From positions 3,712,001 to 3,776,000 of the forward strand of contig OY968796.1 in assembly GCA_963695545.1 (NCBI GenBank): a stretch of DNA of 64,000 bases, given 5' to 3'. Shown here piece by piece: positions 20,664 through 31,208 of the stretch (position 1 is its first letter; each line of letters starts with the position of its first letter). The position numbers and the translations under genes were made by a program. The notes under the pieces were generated by a model that was given only the letters and a program-made list of their open reading frames with translations, was not told where the DNA came from and made no database searches. The DNA is from Terriglobia bacterium. Lineage in GTDB: Bacteria; Acidobacteriota; Terriglobia; Acidiferrales; UBA7541.

Positions 20664-20823
20664 TTGACAGAAATCTCCGATCCCACTATATGAGAGCTCG
20701 TGCCACGGGCTAGGACGATCCTTTCCTGGCCAGTTTCCCGTGCAATTTCGATATTGTGGCGCCCAAAATGAAAAATGTTCTTGACAACAATCCAGAATCT
20801 CAATATATGAGAGCGCGTGCCAC
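20664..20823 (+). promoter_or_regulatory. tandemly duplicated promoter-like unit upstream of IclR gene
   Basis: TTGACA-N17-TATATGAGAGC(T/G)CGTGCCAC at 20664 and 20781 (117 bp apart). Confidence 0.7.
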
Positions 20824-21641
20824 ATCGTAAGACACGTTCGTCGCCCTATCGCGCCCAGGTTTTGGACCGCGCGGTCTCCATCCTGAACGCCATCGCTGCG
20901 CGCCAGGACGACCTCAGCGTGGCCGATCTCTGCAGCCAGTTGAAGCTACACAAGAGCACCGTCCATCGCCTGATCATGGTCCTCGAGGGCCATCGCCTGG
21001 TCACCCGAAATCCGGAAAATGGCCGCTATCGCCTGGGCCTGAAACTTTTCGAGCTAGGCTCGAAAGCCATCGGCTCTCTCGATTTGCGCGAGCGATCGCG
21101 CCCTCATCTCACGCGCTTGCTGCAAGAAACGCGCGAAACGGTTCACCTTTGCATTCTCGATCTGGGCGATGTCGTGTACCTCGAAAAAATGGAGCCCGAA
21201 CGAAGCATGCGCACCGCCTCGCGCGTGGGCGTGCGCCACGCGGCCTACTGCACGGCCGTCGGAAAAGCCATGATGGCCGAACTGCCTGAACGGGAGCTCG
21301 ATGCCCTTCTCGATCAGATCGAGTTAAAGCCCATCACTTCGCGTACCATCACCTCGCCGAATGTGTTTCGCGCCGAGCTCAAGCGCATTCGCTCTCGCGG
21401 CTATGCGCTGGACGACGAAGAGATCGAGGAAGGTTTGCGCTGCGTGGGCGCGGCGGTTCGCGACCACTCGGGCCGCGCGATCGCGGCAGTCAGCATGTCA
21501 GGACCTTCTTTCCGCATGACCGACGCTCAGATCCCGAAGCTTGCGGAGAGCGTCTGCCGCGCGGCGATGGCGCTGTCCATCGAATTGGGGTTTGTCGCGC
21601 AACGCGCAGAAGTCGAAGCAGTCGGCCGCGCCGGAGCTTAG
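20817..21641 (+). CDS. IclR family transcriptional regulator
   Basis: HTH LHKSTVHRL, CTAVGKA, GYALDDEE..GLRCVGA. Confidence 0.95.
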   Translation: MPHRKTRSSPYRAQVLDRAVSILNAIAARQDDLSVADLCSQLKLHKSTVHRLIMVLEGHRLVTRNPENGRYRLGLKLFELGSKAIGSLDLRERSRPHLTRLLQETRETVHLCILDLGDVVYLEKMEPERSMRTASRVGVRHAAYCTAVGKAMMAELPERELDALLDQIELKPITSRTITSPNVFRAELKRIRSRGYALDDEEIEEGLRCVGAAVRDHSGRAIAAVSMSGPSFRMTDAQIPKLAESVCRAAMALSIELGFVAQRAEVEAVGRAGA

Positions 21642-21799
21642 CAGTCGGGCGGGCAACCGCCTGGCCCGCGCGGCCGGTTCTTGTTCGATGCGGAGGCAAA
21701 GGCCATGGGGACCTTTTCTCCGGTTAGAGGCTGTAGAACGATTCGGGTTCCGGGGCCTGGAAGCAAAATTTACGGGGTGTGAAATGAGGAGGCGAGTCC

Positions 21800-24700
21800 A
21801 TGTCTGACCTAGAAGCAAGCGTCCGTTCGCCCAGAAGCAGGGGAATGTGGGTCCTCTGCACGCTGGCGCTCGTTGTCGTTTTCGTTTTGTCGTTGGCCAC
21901 GCCCAGCGTCGCTCAAATCACCACCGCAACCGTCGTCGGCACGGTTACCGATAACACTGGCGCGGTGGTGGGCAACGCGCAGGTGACGATCACCAATCCC
22001 GACACGGATTTCACCCGGGCCACTCCAACAAATAGTTCGGGACAATACCGCTTCGAATTGCTCCCGATCGGAAATTACGTTCTCGACGTAACCGCGTCCG
22101 GCTTTAAGAAATTTGTCCAGCAAGGAATCGTCCTCACGGTGAATCAAGTCGCCACCGTGGACGTTACTCTCGCGATCGGCAGCATCAGCGAAACCGTGAA
22201 CGTGACCGGCGCCGCTCCCACCGTGAATACCTCCAACGCCGAAATCGGCACCACCGTGAACAACGGGGAGGTCGAAAACCTCCCGATCGTCAACCGCAAT
22301 GTCTATACGCTGCTCGCGCTTACTCCCGGTGTTCAATCCTCCGCCTTCACGGACACCGCCGTCGGCTTCCAGCAACAAGTGACCATGATCAATGGCGGCA
22401 CCGATGGCGGCGCCGGCTCCGTCGGCTATTACCTTGACGGCGGCTTGAACCAAACCGGAATTCGCAATACCGGCAATGCTCTACCTAGCCCGGACGCCAT
22501 TCAGGAGTTTCGCGTTGAGACCAACAACTACAACGCCGAGTATGGGCGCTCCGCGGCCGGCATCATCAATGTGGTCACCAAGTCCGGCACCAACGATTTG
22601 CACGGTTCGCTGTTCGAGTTCGTTCGCAACACCGATCTCAACGCCAACAATGCCTTCAACACGTCGACCACTCCCATCTACCACCGCAATCAGTTCGGCG
22701 GCACGGTGGGTGGCCCCATTCGCAAGAACAAGATATTTTTCTTCGGTTCTTACGACGGCTTGCGCCAGATCACTCCGAATTTCCATTCCGGCCAGGTTGT
22801 CCCCACGGCCGCTGAGCGCGAAGGGAATTTCTGCGCGGACGCGGCGATCAAAGATCCAATCGTGGGCGGACCGGTGTTCTCCCAGAGCGGCATGGTTAAC
22901 GGAACGTTGGTAACGTGCCCGACCGGATCGACCGGCGACATCATCCCCAGTTCCGTCTGGGACGCGTCAGGCGCCAACCTTATGCAGAATTACTTTCCGG
23001 TGGCCAACGTTGCCAACGCCACCACCGGCGTCCTAAACGAGTGGACCGGTGATCAAGCCTCAAGCCCGTACAACTTCGACGACTATTTGGGCAAATTCAA
23101 TATCGCGCTGACCAACAACCAGCAGCTCACCGCCAGCTACTTCTTCAACCAAGGAACCAACACGGTGTCCGAGGGCAGCGTGCCCTACGCCTATCTCGAA
23201 TATACGTGGCGCCAGCAAAATCTCAATTTGAGCCACACCTGGACGCTTACACCCGACTCCGTCAACCAGGCCTGGATCAGTTACACGCGAAACTTCGGCG
23301 GCCGCGTCCCCGTGCCCGAGATTTCCCTCTCTCAACTGGGAACCTCGGCCAGTCCGAACAAATACATTGGTCAAGGCACCGCCGACCTCCCGCAGATTGC
23401 CGTCAGCGGATACACCACGCTCACCGACGCGATCTCCGGGCCCGCCACCGGCTCTAACATTTTCACTTTCCGCGACGTCTACAATTGGACCAAGGGCAAA
23501 AACGGATTCGAGTTCGGCGGAGAGATCTCCCACGATATCGATAAGCAGCAGACCAACCTCGATAACTACGGCGTCTTCACCTTCGCCGGCAAGTATTCCG
23601 GCAACAACCTCGCCGACCTCCTGCTCGGCATCCAAAGCTCGCAGGAGCAGGACCAGCCGGTCACGCCCTATACCGACAGCATCTACTACGCGCTGTTCGT
23701 GCAGGATAACCTGCGCGTCACCTCGCGCCTCACTCTCAATCTCGGCGTGCGCTGGGACGTTCAGACCCCGCCCACTAGCTCCAACAGTCTGGCTTCGTCC
23801 TTCGTCGCCGGTCAACAGTCCAAGGTCTATCCGACGGCGCCTCTCGGTATGCTCTTTCCCGGTGACGCCGGCGTCTCCGGCACCGGAATCGTTGACACGC
23901 GTTATCACCACATCGCCCCGCGCATCGGTATCGCGTGGGATCCGACCGGAAAAGGAAAGACCTCGATTCGGGCGGGAGCCGGCGTGTTTTACGGCAACGT
24001 TTCCGGCAACGAATGGAACACCACCTCGAACTACGAGCCGTTCGCCATACGTCTAACGTCCTGGCCGAACATTTTCTCCACTGGCAAGGCCACCGGCACG
24101 TACGCCACTTTGACCAACCCGTATGGCGGATACACATGCGGAGGCGTTGCCGCGTCTCCGTTCCCGTATCCGAATTCGAGTTGCGGTGCGTTCGTCGGCG
24201 GCGGCTCGATTTACGGAATATCGCCGCATTTCCAGTGGCCCTATACGTATCAGTTCAACCTGTCGATCCAGCATCAATTCGGCGGAAGCAACGGCCCAAC
24301 ATTCAGTTTCGCCTACGTCGGAACGCTGGCCCACGATCTGCCCTTCGCCACGGACTTGAACGCGCCGACCGTCTTTTGCGGTGCAGTAACGTCCGCCAAC
24401 TTCAGCACCTGCCGTTCGGATGTCAACGACCGTCGTCCGATCGACAACTCGGTTCTCTACCCCACCACAGGTTTCACAGCCAGCGCCTTCGGGCAAGTGT
24501 TCGATTTGCAGTCCAATCAAACCGCTTCGTATAACTCTCTTCAGATCACCTGGGTCGAGCGGCTGCAAACCCATCTCACGCTCAACGGCTTCTTCACTTA
24601 CAGCAAGAATCTCGAGAGCGTCGAGCTCGAGAACAACACCGCGAATCCCACGGGCACTGGCCAGGTTCCGCAAGACTACCTCTACCTGAACGAGGAACGC

Positions 24701-25309
24701 GGCCGCACCGACGACGACATTCACAGCATCTTCGTGACTTCGTTCGTTTGGAACTCCAGCTATTACCAGGGCCCGAACCGTTTTGTTCGCGCCATGGCCA
24801 ACGGCTGGCAAGTTTCGCCGGTGTTCACACTGGAGAGCGGCACGCCGTTCACGGTCACGACCGGCAGCGACAACAACGCAGACAGCAGCTCCGCAAACGA
24901 TCGCCCGGATTTCGTCCCCGGCCAAGTGGCTGCTATCTCAAACGGCAATCTCACGCAACAGCTCCACGGGTATTTCAATACCGGCGCGTTTTGCTACAAC
25001 AACGGGCAGACCGGCACATACGCCTGCCCCGCCGGCGTCACCGGCGTCGGACCGAACGGCCAGGATGGCGATGTCCCTCGCGACATCCTCAGCGGCCCGA
25101 CCTTCTTCGACGTGGACATGGCCATTTTCCGTGATTTCAAAATCCACGAAGATTGGACTCTGCAAGCTCGCGCGGAAGCCCAGAACGCCTTCAACCTGCT
25201 CAACCTAGCCGCGCCTAGCGCCGGCATGACTTCGTCCACCTATGGCCAAATCACCGGCTCCGCCGGCGTCAACCGCGAAATTCAGCTCGGTCTCCGGCTG
25301 ACTTTCTAA
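21800..25309 (+). CDS. TonB-dependent receptor (Oar-like, N-terminal carboxypeptidase-regulatory-like domain)
   Basis: signal peptide, GTVTD..GAVV, AEYGR..G, LHGSLFEF.RN, RNQFGG, C-terminal REIQLGLRLTF. Confidence 0.93.
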   Translation: MSDLEASVRSPRSRGMWVLCTLALVVVFVLSLATPSVAQITTATVVGTVTDNTGAVVGNAQVTITNPDTDFTRATPTNSSGQYRFELLPIGNYVLDVTASGFKKFVQQGIVLTVNQVATVDVTLAIGSISETVNVTGAAPTVNTSNAEIGTTVNNGEVENLPIVNRNVYTLLALTPGVQSSAFTDTAVGFQQQVTMINGGTDGGAGSVGYYLDGGLNQTGIRNTGNALPSPDAIQEFRVETNNYNAEYGRSAAGIINVVTKSGTNDLHGSLFEFVRNTDLNANNAFNTSTTPIYHRNQFGGTVGGPIRKNKIFFFGSYDGLRQITPNFHSGQVVPTAAEREGNFCADAAIKDPIVGGPVFSQSGMVNGTLVTCPTGSTGDIIPSSVWDASGANLMQNYFPVANVANATTGVLNEWTGDQASSPYNFDDYLGKFNIALTNNQQLTASYFFNQGTNTVSEGSVPYAYLEYTWRQQNLNLSHTWTLTPDSVNQAWISYTRNFGGRVPVPEISLSQLGTSASPNKYIGQGTADLPQIAVSGYTTLTDAISGPATGSNIFTFRDVYNWTKGKNGFEFGGEISHDIDKQQTNLDNYGVFTFAGKYSGNNLADLLLGIQSSQEQDQPVTPYTDSIYYALFVQDNLRVTSRLTLNLGVRWDVQTPPTSSNSLASSFVAGQQSKVYPTAPLGMLFPGDAGVSGTGIVDTRYHHIAPRIGIAWDPTGKGKTSIRAGAGVFYGNVSGNEWNTTSNYEPFAIRLTSWPNIFSTGKATGTYATLTNPYGGYTCGGVAASPFPYPNSSCGAFVGGGSIYGISPHFQWPYTYQFNLSIQHQFGGSNGPTFSFAYVGTLAHDLPFATDLNAPTVFCGAVTSANFSTCRSDVNDRRPIDNSVLYPTTGFTASAFGQVFDLQSNQTASYNSLQITWVERLQTHLTLNGFFTYSKNLESVELENNTANPTGTGQVPQDYLYLNEERGRTDDDIHSIFVTSFVWNSSYYQGPNRFVRAMANGWQVSPVFTLESGTPFTVTTGSDNNADSSSANDRPDFVPGQVAAISNGNLTQQLHGYFNTGAFCYNNGQTGTYACPAGVTGVGPNGQDGDVPRDILSGPTFFDVDMAIFRDFKIHEDWTLQARAEAQNAFNLLNLAAPSAGMTSSTYGQITGSAGVNREIQLGLRLTF

Positions 25310-25360
25310 CCCAACACCGTCGCGGCGGCCCGCAATCTTTCGCGCACCGCCGCCAGGCCC

Positions 25361-25399
25361 GAGATGCCTCGCAGACTCTTGCGAGGCATCTCTTTTTTT
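25361..25399 (+). terminator. intrinsic terminator after TBDR
   Basis: 13-bp stem GAGATGCCTCGCA/TGCGAGGCATCTC followed by T7. Confidence 0.9.
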
Positions 25400-25585
25400 C
25401 GGCGATCTGTCGCGGCCGATCCGCTTCGACAACTCCCCCCTTAGTCCGCCCATCCATGACACGAATATTCCATGAGCGTACCAATCCCGGTTAAGATGCA
25501 CACTTGCGCACCTGCCTCCGGCGCGCATCATCCAAATTCCCCCGCTCAGCCGTACTCATCTTAAGAGCGGAGAAAGCTCGGCCGA

Positions 25586-26176
25586 GTGTTTCTGGCGGTG
25601 ATCCAAGGTTCGGCGGGTCCGCGTGATCCGGCCGATGGAGAGCTGATGGAGCGCCTTACCGCGCGCGATCCTACGGCGCTTGAATCCCTGTACGATCGCT
25701 ACAGCCGCATGGTCTATTCCCTTGCGCTGCGCATCGCGGAGCAACCGGCCGTGGCCGAGGAGATCGTGCAGGATGTCTTCCTGAAGCTCTGGCACAGCGC
25801 TGATCGTTATCGCGCCGAGCGCGGCCCGCTCGGCCCGTGGCTCTGCACCCTCGCGCGCAATCGCGCCCTCGATCATCTGCGCCTGAAGCGCGAGAAGCAG
25901 CGCCGCCGCGAAGATTCGCTCGACGGCGATTTCACCATGCACACGTCCGCTCCGAATCCGGAAACGCTCGCGCAGCAAAGCCAGCAAGCCGTGCGCGTGC
26001 GCGAATCGCTCAGCGAATTGCCCGCCGCGCAGCAGCGCGCCATCGAGCTCGCCTATTTCGAGGGCATGACGCACAGCGAAATCGCCGCTGCGCTCGCCGA
26101 ACCTTTAGGCACGGTAAAAAGCTGGATTCGCAGCGGCCTGTTGCGCATGCGCGAAACTCTGGTGAAGCAGGAATGA
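25586..26176 (+). CDS. ECF RNA polymerase sigma factor (SigK-like)
   Basis: AEEIVQDVF, WL..LARNRALD, LAYFEGMTHSEIA..L..PLGTVKS; start codon uncertain. Confidence 0.92.
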   Translation: MFLAVIQGSAGPRDPADGELMERLTARDPTALESLYDRYSRMVYSLALRIAEQPAVAEEIVQDVFLKLWHSADRYRAERGPLGPWLCTLARNRALDHLRLKREKQRRREDSLDGDFTMHTSAPNPETLAQQSQQAVRVRESLSELPAAQQRAIELAYFEGMTHSEIAAALAEPLGTVKSWIRSGLLRMRETLVKQE

Positions 26177-26238
26177 ACACCGGCGCGCAAGCTACGCAGG
26201 ACGATTAAAATAGAGATTTTCGAGCACAAGGAACAAAC

Positions 26239-27075
26239 GTGGATGATTGCCGACAACTGAGCGAGTTCTACGAGGCCTACGCTCTCGGCGCGCTCGAAGG
26301 CCCGGAACGCGACGAGATCGAGCGCCACCTCGCGCGCCACTGCCCCGCGTGCACCGCCGGCGTCGACGAGGCCAAATGGCTCGTCGCGCAGCTCGCCTAT
26401 CTCGCGCCCGAAGCCCAGCCCCCCGCCGCTCTGCGCGCCCGCATCGTCGCCGCGGCCACAAGCTCGGCGAAGGCAGGCGCAACGAGCGTGCCAGCCGCAC
26501 GCGCCGCGGGCGTCACGTCCATCGCCGCGCGCCTCGATCGACGTCAGCCTAGCGCGATTCCCGCCTGGGCCTGGGCCATCGCCGCCGCGCTGCTGCTCGC
26601 CACAGTGTACTCAGTGCACCAGACGCGCCAACTCGATCGCCAACTCGCCGCCGTGCAGCACGACCTGCGCGAAGGCCAAGCCCAGCGCGCGGCCATCGAA
26701 TCAGAGCGCGAGCATTACGAAATGGCCATGGAAATCCTGTCCGCGCAGGACATGAAGTCGCTGGAGCTGATGCCCAAGAAAGCAGCGATGCCGCCCGTGC
26801 AAGCCTACTGGAGCCCGAAGATGGGCCTCCTCGTAATGTCCGCGAACATGCCGCAGATGGCCAGCAACATGACTTTACAATTGTGGATGGTGCCGAAGAA
26901 GGGCCAGCCGATGAGTGTCGGTATTTTCCGGCCCGATGGCGCGGGCCACGTGATGCTGGTTGCTGCGCCGGGTGCGCCAATCGCCGAAATCGCCGCGCTG
27001 GCGATCAGTGAAGAGCCCGCCGGCGGCAGCGTGCAACCCACGTCGGCACCAGTGTGGGTCGGTCCGCTTACCTGA
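26239..27075 (+). CDS. anti-sigma factor (RskA-like, N-terminal zinc-binding ZAS motif)
   Basis: YALGAL, HLARHCPAC, TM helix, LQLW, AISEEPAGGS.QPT. Confidence 0.9.
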   Translation: MDDCRQLSEFYEAYALGALEGPERDEIERHLARHCPACTAGVDEAKWLVAQLAYLAPEAQPPAALRARIVAAATSSAKAGATSVPAARAAGVTSIAARLDRRQPSAIPAWAWAIAAALLLATVYSVHQTRQLDRQLAAVQHDLREGQAQRAAIESEREHYEMAMEILSAQDMKSLELMPKKAAMPPVQAYWSPKMGLLVMSANMPQMASNMTLQLWMVPKKGQPMSVGIFRPDGAGHVMLVAAPGAPIAEIAALAISEEPAGGSVQPTSAPVWVGPLT

Positions 27076-27104
27076 ACTTGCGGCAAATCAACACGCGCAA
27101 AAAT

Positions 27105-27764
27105 CTAAACTTCCGCCTTGCGTTGCGCCATGCGCAGCGAGCGCCGCTTGAGCGCGCCCTTCGAGCGCCGCCGATCGTCCGCAGTCTCCAAAATCAGCGG
27201 CGGCGCCACGCGCGGATGCCCTTCCGAATCCACGGCCACGAAGGTCAAATACGCGCTCGTCGTATGCTTGCGCTCGCCCGTCAGCGCGCTTTCGGAGAAC
27301 ACCTTCACCCCCACTTCCATCGAAGTATGAAACACGCGATTCACGCTCGATTGCAGCACGATCAACTCGCCTACTCGAATCGGATTCCGGAAATCCACGT
27401 GATCGAGCGAAGCCGTCACCACATGGCTCCGCGCGTGCCGATGCGCCGCAATGGCGCCCGCGATATCCACTAGATGCATCACCCGCCCGCCAAGCATGTT
27501 CCCCAGAACATTCGCGTCCTGCGGCAGCACTACTTCCACCATCTCCGTGCGCGAAAGGCTCACCGGCCGCCCCGTCATGCCCGAGCCATTGGCGCCATTC
27601 TTCACGCCGTTTTTCAATCCGTTCTTCACTCCGGCGTGCGCCCCGCCGTGTGCTCCGTTTTCAGCCGCGCCGCCGGCCGCCGCCTTCCCCGCAGTCTTCG
27701 GCGCCACGTACCGCGCCCGCAGCGGAGACGAAGATACCTTCGCATGTCGATTTGGCGAAGCCAT
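27105..27764 (-). CDS. acyl-CoA thioesterase (hotdog fold) with low-complexity N-terminal extension
   Basis: DANVLGNMLGG, VVTASLD, TSMEVGV, AYLTFVAVD. Confidence 0.9.
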   Translation of the reverse strand: MASPNRHAKVSSSPLRARYVAPKTAGKAAAGGAAENGAHGGAHAGVKNGLKNGVKNGANGSGMTGRPVSLSRTEMVEVVLPQDANVLGNMLGGRVMHLVDIAGAIAAHRHARSHVVTASLDHVDFRNPIRVGELIVLQSSVNRVFHTSMEVGVKVFSESALTGERKHTTSAYLTFVAVDSEGHPRVAPPLILETADDRRRSKGALKRRSLRMAQRKAEV

Positions 27765-27877
27765 CGATGGATTTCCCTTCTCTTCAAAAACTATGTATGG
27801 ACCCGTGTTTCGGAACGAACTTCCCTGCGAGCTTCCGCGCGGACCCGCTGAACCGCTATAATACCCCCTTTCGCGCC

Positions 27878-28204
27878 ATGACCCAAGCCCCCAAGAAAAC
27901 CCGCCGCCAGATGCTTGAGGAGTTCGTCGCCGCCCACCCCCAGGACGCCTTCGCGCGCTACGGTTTGGCCGTAGAATGCGCCAATTCCGGCGATTCCGAG
28001 GCCGCGGGCAGCCATTTCGAGCGTCTGATCCAAGCCCACCCGGATTACGTCGCTGGCTACTTCCAATATGGCCAGCTCCTGGGCCGCATCGGCAACACCG
28101 ACAAAGCCAAAGCCACGCTTTCCGCCGGCATCGACGCCGCTCGCCGCTCCGGCGACGAGCACGCTCGTAGCGAGATGGAGTCCGCCCTCGCCGGCCTCGC
28201 GTGA
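27878..28204 (+). CDS. TPR repeat protein
   Basis: P.DAFARYGLA.E, PDYVAGYFQYGQ; TATAAT at 27857-27862. Confidence 0.85.
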   Translation: MTQAPKKTRRQMLEEFVAAHPQDAFARYGLAVECANSGDSEAAGSHFERLIQAHPDYVAGYFQYGQLLGRIGNTDKAKATLSAGIDAARRSGDEHARSEMESALAGLA

Positions 28205-28366
28205 CGTTCCTGCCCCGCGCCTCATCTAACCTATAGTCGCATCGCAAACGCTCGCCTCCGCAGTCGCAACACCAGATGCGACCCAAAACGCCGCCGCGCG
28301 CGATCTCACGCGGCGCGTATAATAGATACGAACCGCTCGCGGCCAGGGCCAATCACCGGGGACACT

Positions 28367-29845
28367 ATGGAATCGAAACCAACCACGCTGGGAGAATTGC
28401 AGAAAAATCCGCGTTACGCGCCGGGCGCGCCCGCGCGCACCGTGAAAGACGAAATGCGCGAGAACGTTTTGCGCCGCATCGCCGCCGGCGAACCGCTTTT
28501 CCCCGGCGTTCACGGCTACGAAGAAACTGTTCTCCCTCAGATCGTGAACGCGATCCTCGCGCGCCACAATTTCATTCTGCTGGGCCTGCGCGGCCAGGCC
28601 AAAAGCCGCATCCTCCGCGGCCTGATCGAATTCCTTGACGCCGAAACTCCGGTGATCGCCGGCTGCGAAATTCACGACAATCCTTCGCGCCCATTGTGCA
28701 AAGCTTGCCGCGATCTCGTGGCCGAGCGGGGCGCCGAAACTCTAATCGCCTGGCGCGCGCGCGCCGATCGCTTCGTTGAAAAGCTCGCCACGCCCGACGT
28801 CACCATCGCCGATATCCTCGGCGACGTCGATCCCATCAAAGCCGCGCGCAGCGGCCGCGCCCTCGGCGACGAGATGACCATCCACTATGGTTTGCTCCCG
28901 CGTGCGAATCGCGGCATTTTCGCCATCAACGAACTGCCGGATCTCGCCGGAAAAATTCAGGTCAGCCTTTTCAACATCATGCAAGAAGGCGACGTGCAGA
29001 TTAAAGGCTATCCCGTGCGCCTGCCTCTCGACGTCCTGCTCGTCTTCACCGCGAATCCGGAAGATTACACCGCACGCGGAAAAATCATCACGCCTCTGAA
29101 AGATCGCATCGGCGCGGAAATCCGCACTCACTATCCCGCCACCGTCGCCGAAGGCATGTCCATCACGGAGCAGGAAGCCTGGACCAAACGCCCTGGCGGC
29201 GTCGCCGTCGATATCCCCGATTATCTTCGCGAGACCGTCGAGGAAATCGCATTCCTCGGCCGCGAGGATAAGCGCGTCGACAAGCGCTCCGGCGTAAGCC
29301 AGCGCCTGCCGATCGCCTGTCTCGAAAGCGTCGCAAGCAACGCCGAACAGCGCGCCGCGCGCAATCGCGAATCGCAAGCCACAGCCCGCGTGGCCGACCT
29401 CTACGCCGCGCTGCCCGCGATCACCGGAAAACTCGAACTCGAATACGAAGGCGAAATGAAAGGCGCCGAAAATATCGCGCGAGAACTGGTGCGCTCCGCC
29501 GTCGGCCGCGTTTTCCAGAAACGTCTCCCCGGCGCGAATTTCCAGGGCATCGTCCAGTGGTTTGAAGGTGGCGGAGAATTGAAAATTCCGGAAGGCGCGC
29601 CCGCATCCGAAGCCCTGAAGCAAATGAGTAAAATTCCCGGCCTCGCGGATCACGCCCACGTCCTTGGTGCGGACGGCGCCACCACGCCCGGCGCCGCGGC
29701 CGCCGCATCCGAATTCGTTCTCGAAGGATTGTGGTCGCAGAAGCGCATCAGCCGCAGCGAAGAGCGCGGCTTTTTCGCCGAGCGCCCCAAGCAAGCCGAG
29801 CCGCGCGAGCCCATGCAACGCCCGCCGCGCCGGCAATTCAATTAG
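28367..29845 (+). CDS. AAA+ ATPase (magnesium chelatase/MoxR-like)
   Basis: Walker A GLRGQAKS, Walker B variant FAINELPDL, TANPEDYTARG. Confidence 0.9.
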   Translation: MESKPTTLGELQKNPRYAPGAPARTVKDEMRENVLRRIAAGEPLFPGVHGYEETVLPQIVNAILARHNFILLGLRGQAKSRILRGLIEFLDAETPVIAGCEIHDNPSRPLCKACRDLVAERGAETLIAWRARADRFVEKLATPDVTIADILGDVDPIKAARSGRALGDEMTIHYGLLPRANRGIFAINELPDLAGKIQVSLFNIMQEGDVQIKGYPVRLPLDVLLVFTANPEDYTARGKIITPLKDRIGAEIRTHYPATVAEGMSITEQEAWTKRPGGVAVDIPDYLRETVEEIAFLGREDKRVDKRSGVSQRLPIACLESVASNAEQRAARNRESQATARVADLYAALPAITGKLELEYEGEMKGAENIARELVRSAVGRVFQKRLPGANFQGIVQWFEGGGELKIPEGAPASEALKQMSKIPGLADHAHVLGADGATTPGAAAAASEFVLEGLWSQKRISRSEERGFFAERPKQAEPREPMQRPPRRQFN

Positions 29846-29874
29846 AAGCCTGACCGTTTGAGCGAGACTCGAAA

Positions 29875-31137
29875 ATGAAATACATCCGCTACAAGAAATA
29901 TAACGGTGAGCCGGCCGACGACGTCGATCTCGACACGCTGATCGATCGCCTCTCCGATTTTTTTCTGCAAAGCGGCTTCGAGTCCCAATTCTACGACATC
30001 AACGAGTTCGATCCCGACCGCTCGATGGAAGCTCTGCGCCAGGCCATCGAGCAGGCCCTCGCCGAAGGCGACCTGATCCCCGACGATCTATTGAAACAAT
30101 TGCTCGAGCAGGAAGGCGAAGGCGCCAATTCCAGCATGCGCGAATTGATCGATCGACTGATCGAGCGGCTGATGCAGGAAGGCTACATCGACGGCCCGCT
30201 CCCGCACGTCACTCCCCCGCCCGGCAAAACTCCGCGCGGCGGAATCGGCCAGCCGCAAGAGCGTCAAGCCAACGCGCGCTTTGAAATCACCGATAAAACC
30301 ATCGACTTCCTCGGTTTCAAAACGCTGCGCGATTTGCTCGGCTCGCTCGGCAAAAGCAGCTTCGGCCGTCACGATACGCGCGATCTCGCCACTGGTGTGG
30401 AATCCGGCGGCACTTCCCGCGCCTACGAATTTGGCGACACGCTCAATCTCGACATCGCCGAGACGCTCTCAAACGCCGTACGCCGCGAAGGCGCCAAAGT
30501 CCCCATCGAACTCGATTATCCCGACCTGATGGTTCATCAGTGCGAATACCAAAGTTCCTGCGCCACGGTTCTGATGCTCGATTGCAGCCACAGCATGATT
30601 CTTTATGGCGAGGATCGCTTCACGCCCGCCAAGAGAGTCGCCATGGCGCTCTCGCATTTGATCCGCACGCAATATCCCGGCGATTCCCTGCACCTCGTTC
30701 TCTTCCACGATTCCGCCGAAGAAATGCCGCTCGGCGAATTGGCCCGCGTGCAAGTCGGCCCGTATTACACCAACACGCGCGAAGGCCTGCGCCTCGCGCA
30801 GCGCATCCTGAATCGCCAGAAAAAAGACATGCGCCAGATCGTCATGATCACCGACGGCAAACCATCGGCGCTAACGCTCGAAGACGGCCGCATCTACAAA
30901 AACGCCTTCGGCCTCGATCCCCTCGTCGTCAGCCAAACTCTCGAAGAAGTCTCCAAGTGCCGCCGCGCCGGCATCCCCATCAACACCTTCATGCTCGCCA
31001 GCGACTACAGCCTCGTGCACTTCGTCCAAAAAGTCACCGAGCTCTGCCGCGGCAAAGCCTACTTCACCACGCCCCGCAATCTCGGCCAGTATCTCCTCAT
31101 GGATTATCTCGGTAAAAAGACTCGCCACATTCACTAG
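29875..31137 (+). CDS. vWA domain protein
   Basis: MIDAS DCSHS, YTNT, MITDGKP; follows AAA ATPase. Confidence 0.9.
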   Translation: MKYIRYKKYNGEPADDVDLDTLIDRLSDFFLQSGFESQFYDINEFDPDRSMEALRQAIEQALAEGDLIPDDLLKQLLEQEGEGANSSMRELIDRLIERLMQEGYIDGPLPHVTPPPGKTPRGGIGQPQERQANARFEITDKTIDFLGFKTLRDLLGSLGKSSFGRHDTRDLATGVESGGTSRAYEFGDTLNLDIAETLSNAVRREGAKVPIELDYPDLMVHQCEYQSSCATVLMLDCSHSMILYGEDRFTPAKRVAMALSHLIRTQYPGDSLHLVLFHDSAEEMPLGELARVQVGPYYTNTREGLRLAQRILNRQKKDMRQIVMITDGKPSALTLEDGRIYKNAFGLDPLVVSQTLEEVSKCRRAGIPINTFMLASDYSLVHFVQKVTELCRGKAYFTTPRNLGQYLLMDYLGKKTRHIH

Positions 31138-31208
31138 ACCACCGACGCCCCTCCGCGGCTCCCGGTACCCTCGCGCCGCAAACACCCGGAGTGGTAGATT
31201 GTTGCCAT

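Noticed and set aside
27580..27700. KNG/ENG repeats in the thioesterase N-terminal extension
   Set aside because: Low-complexity linker; no functional inference is supportable
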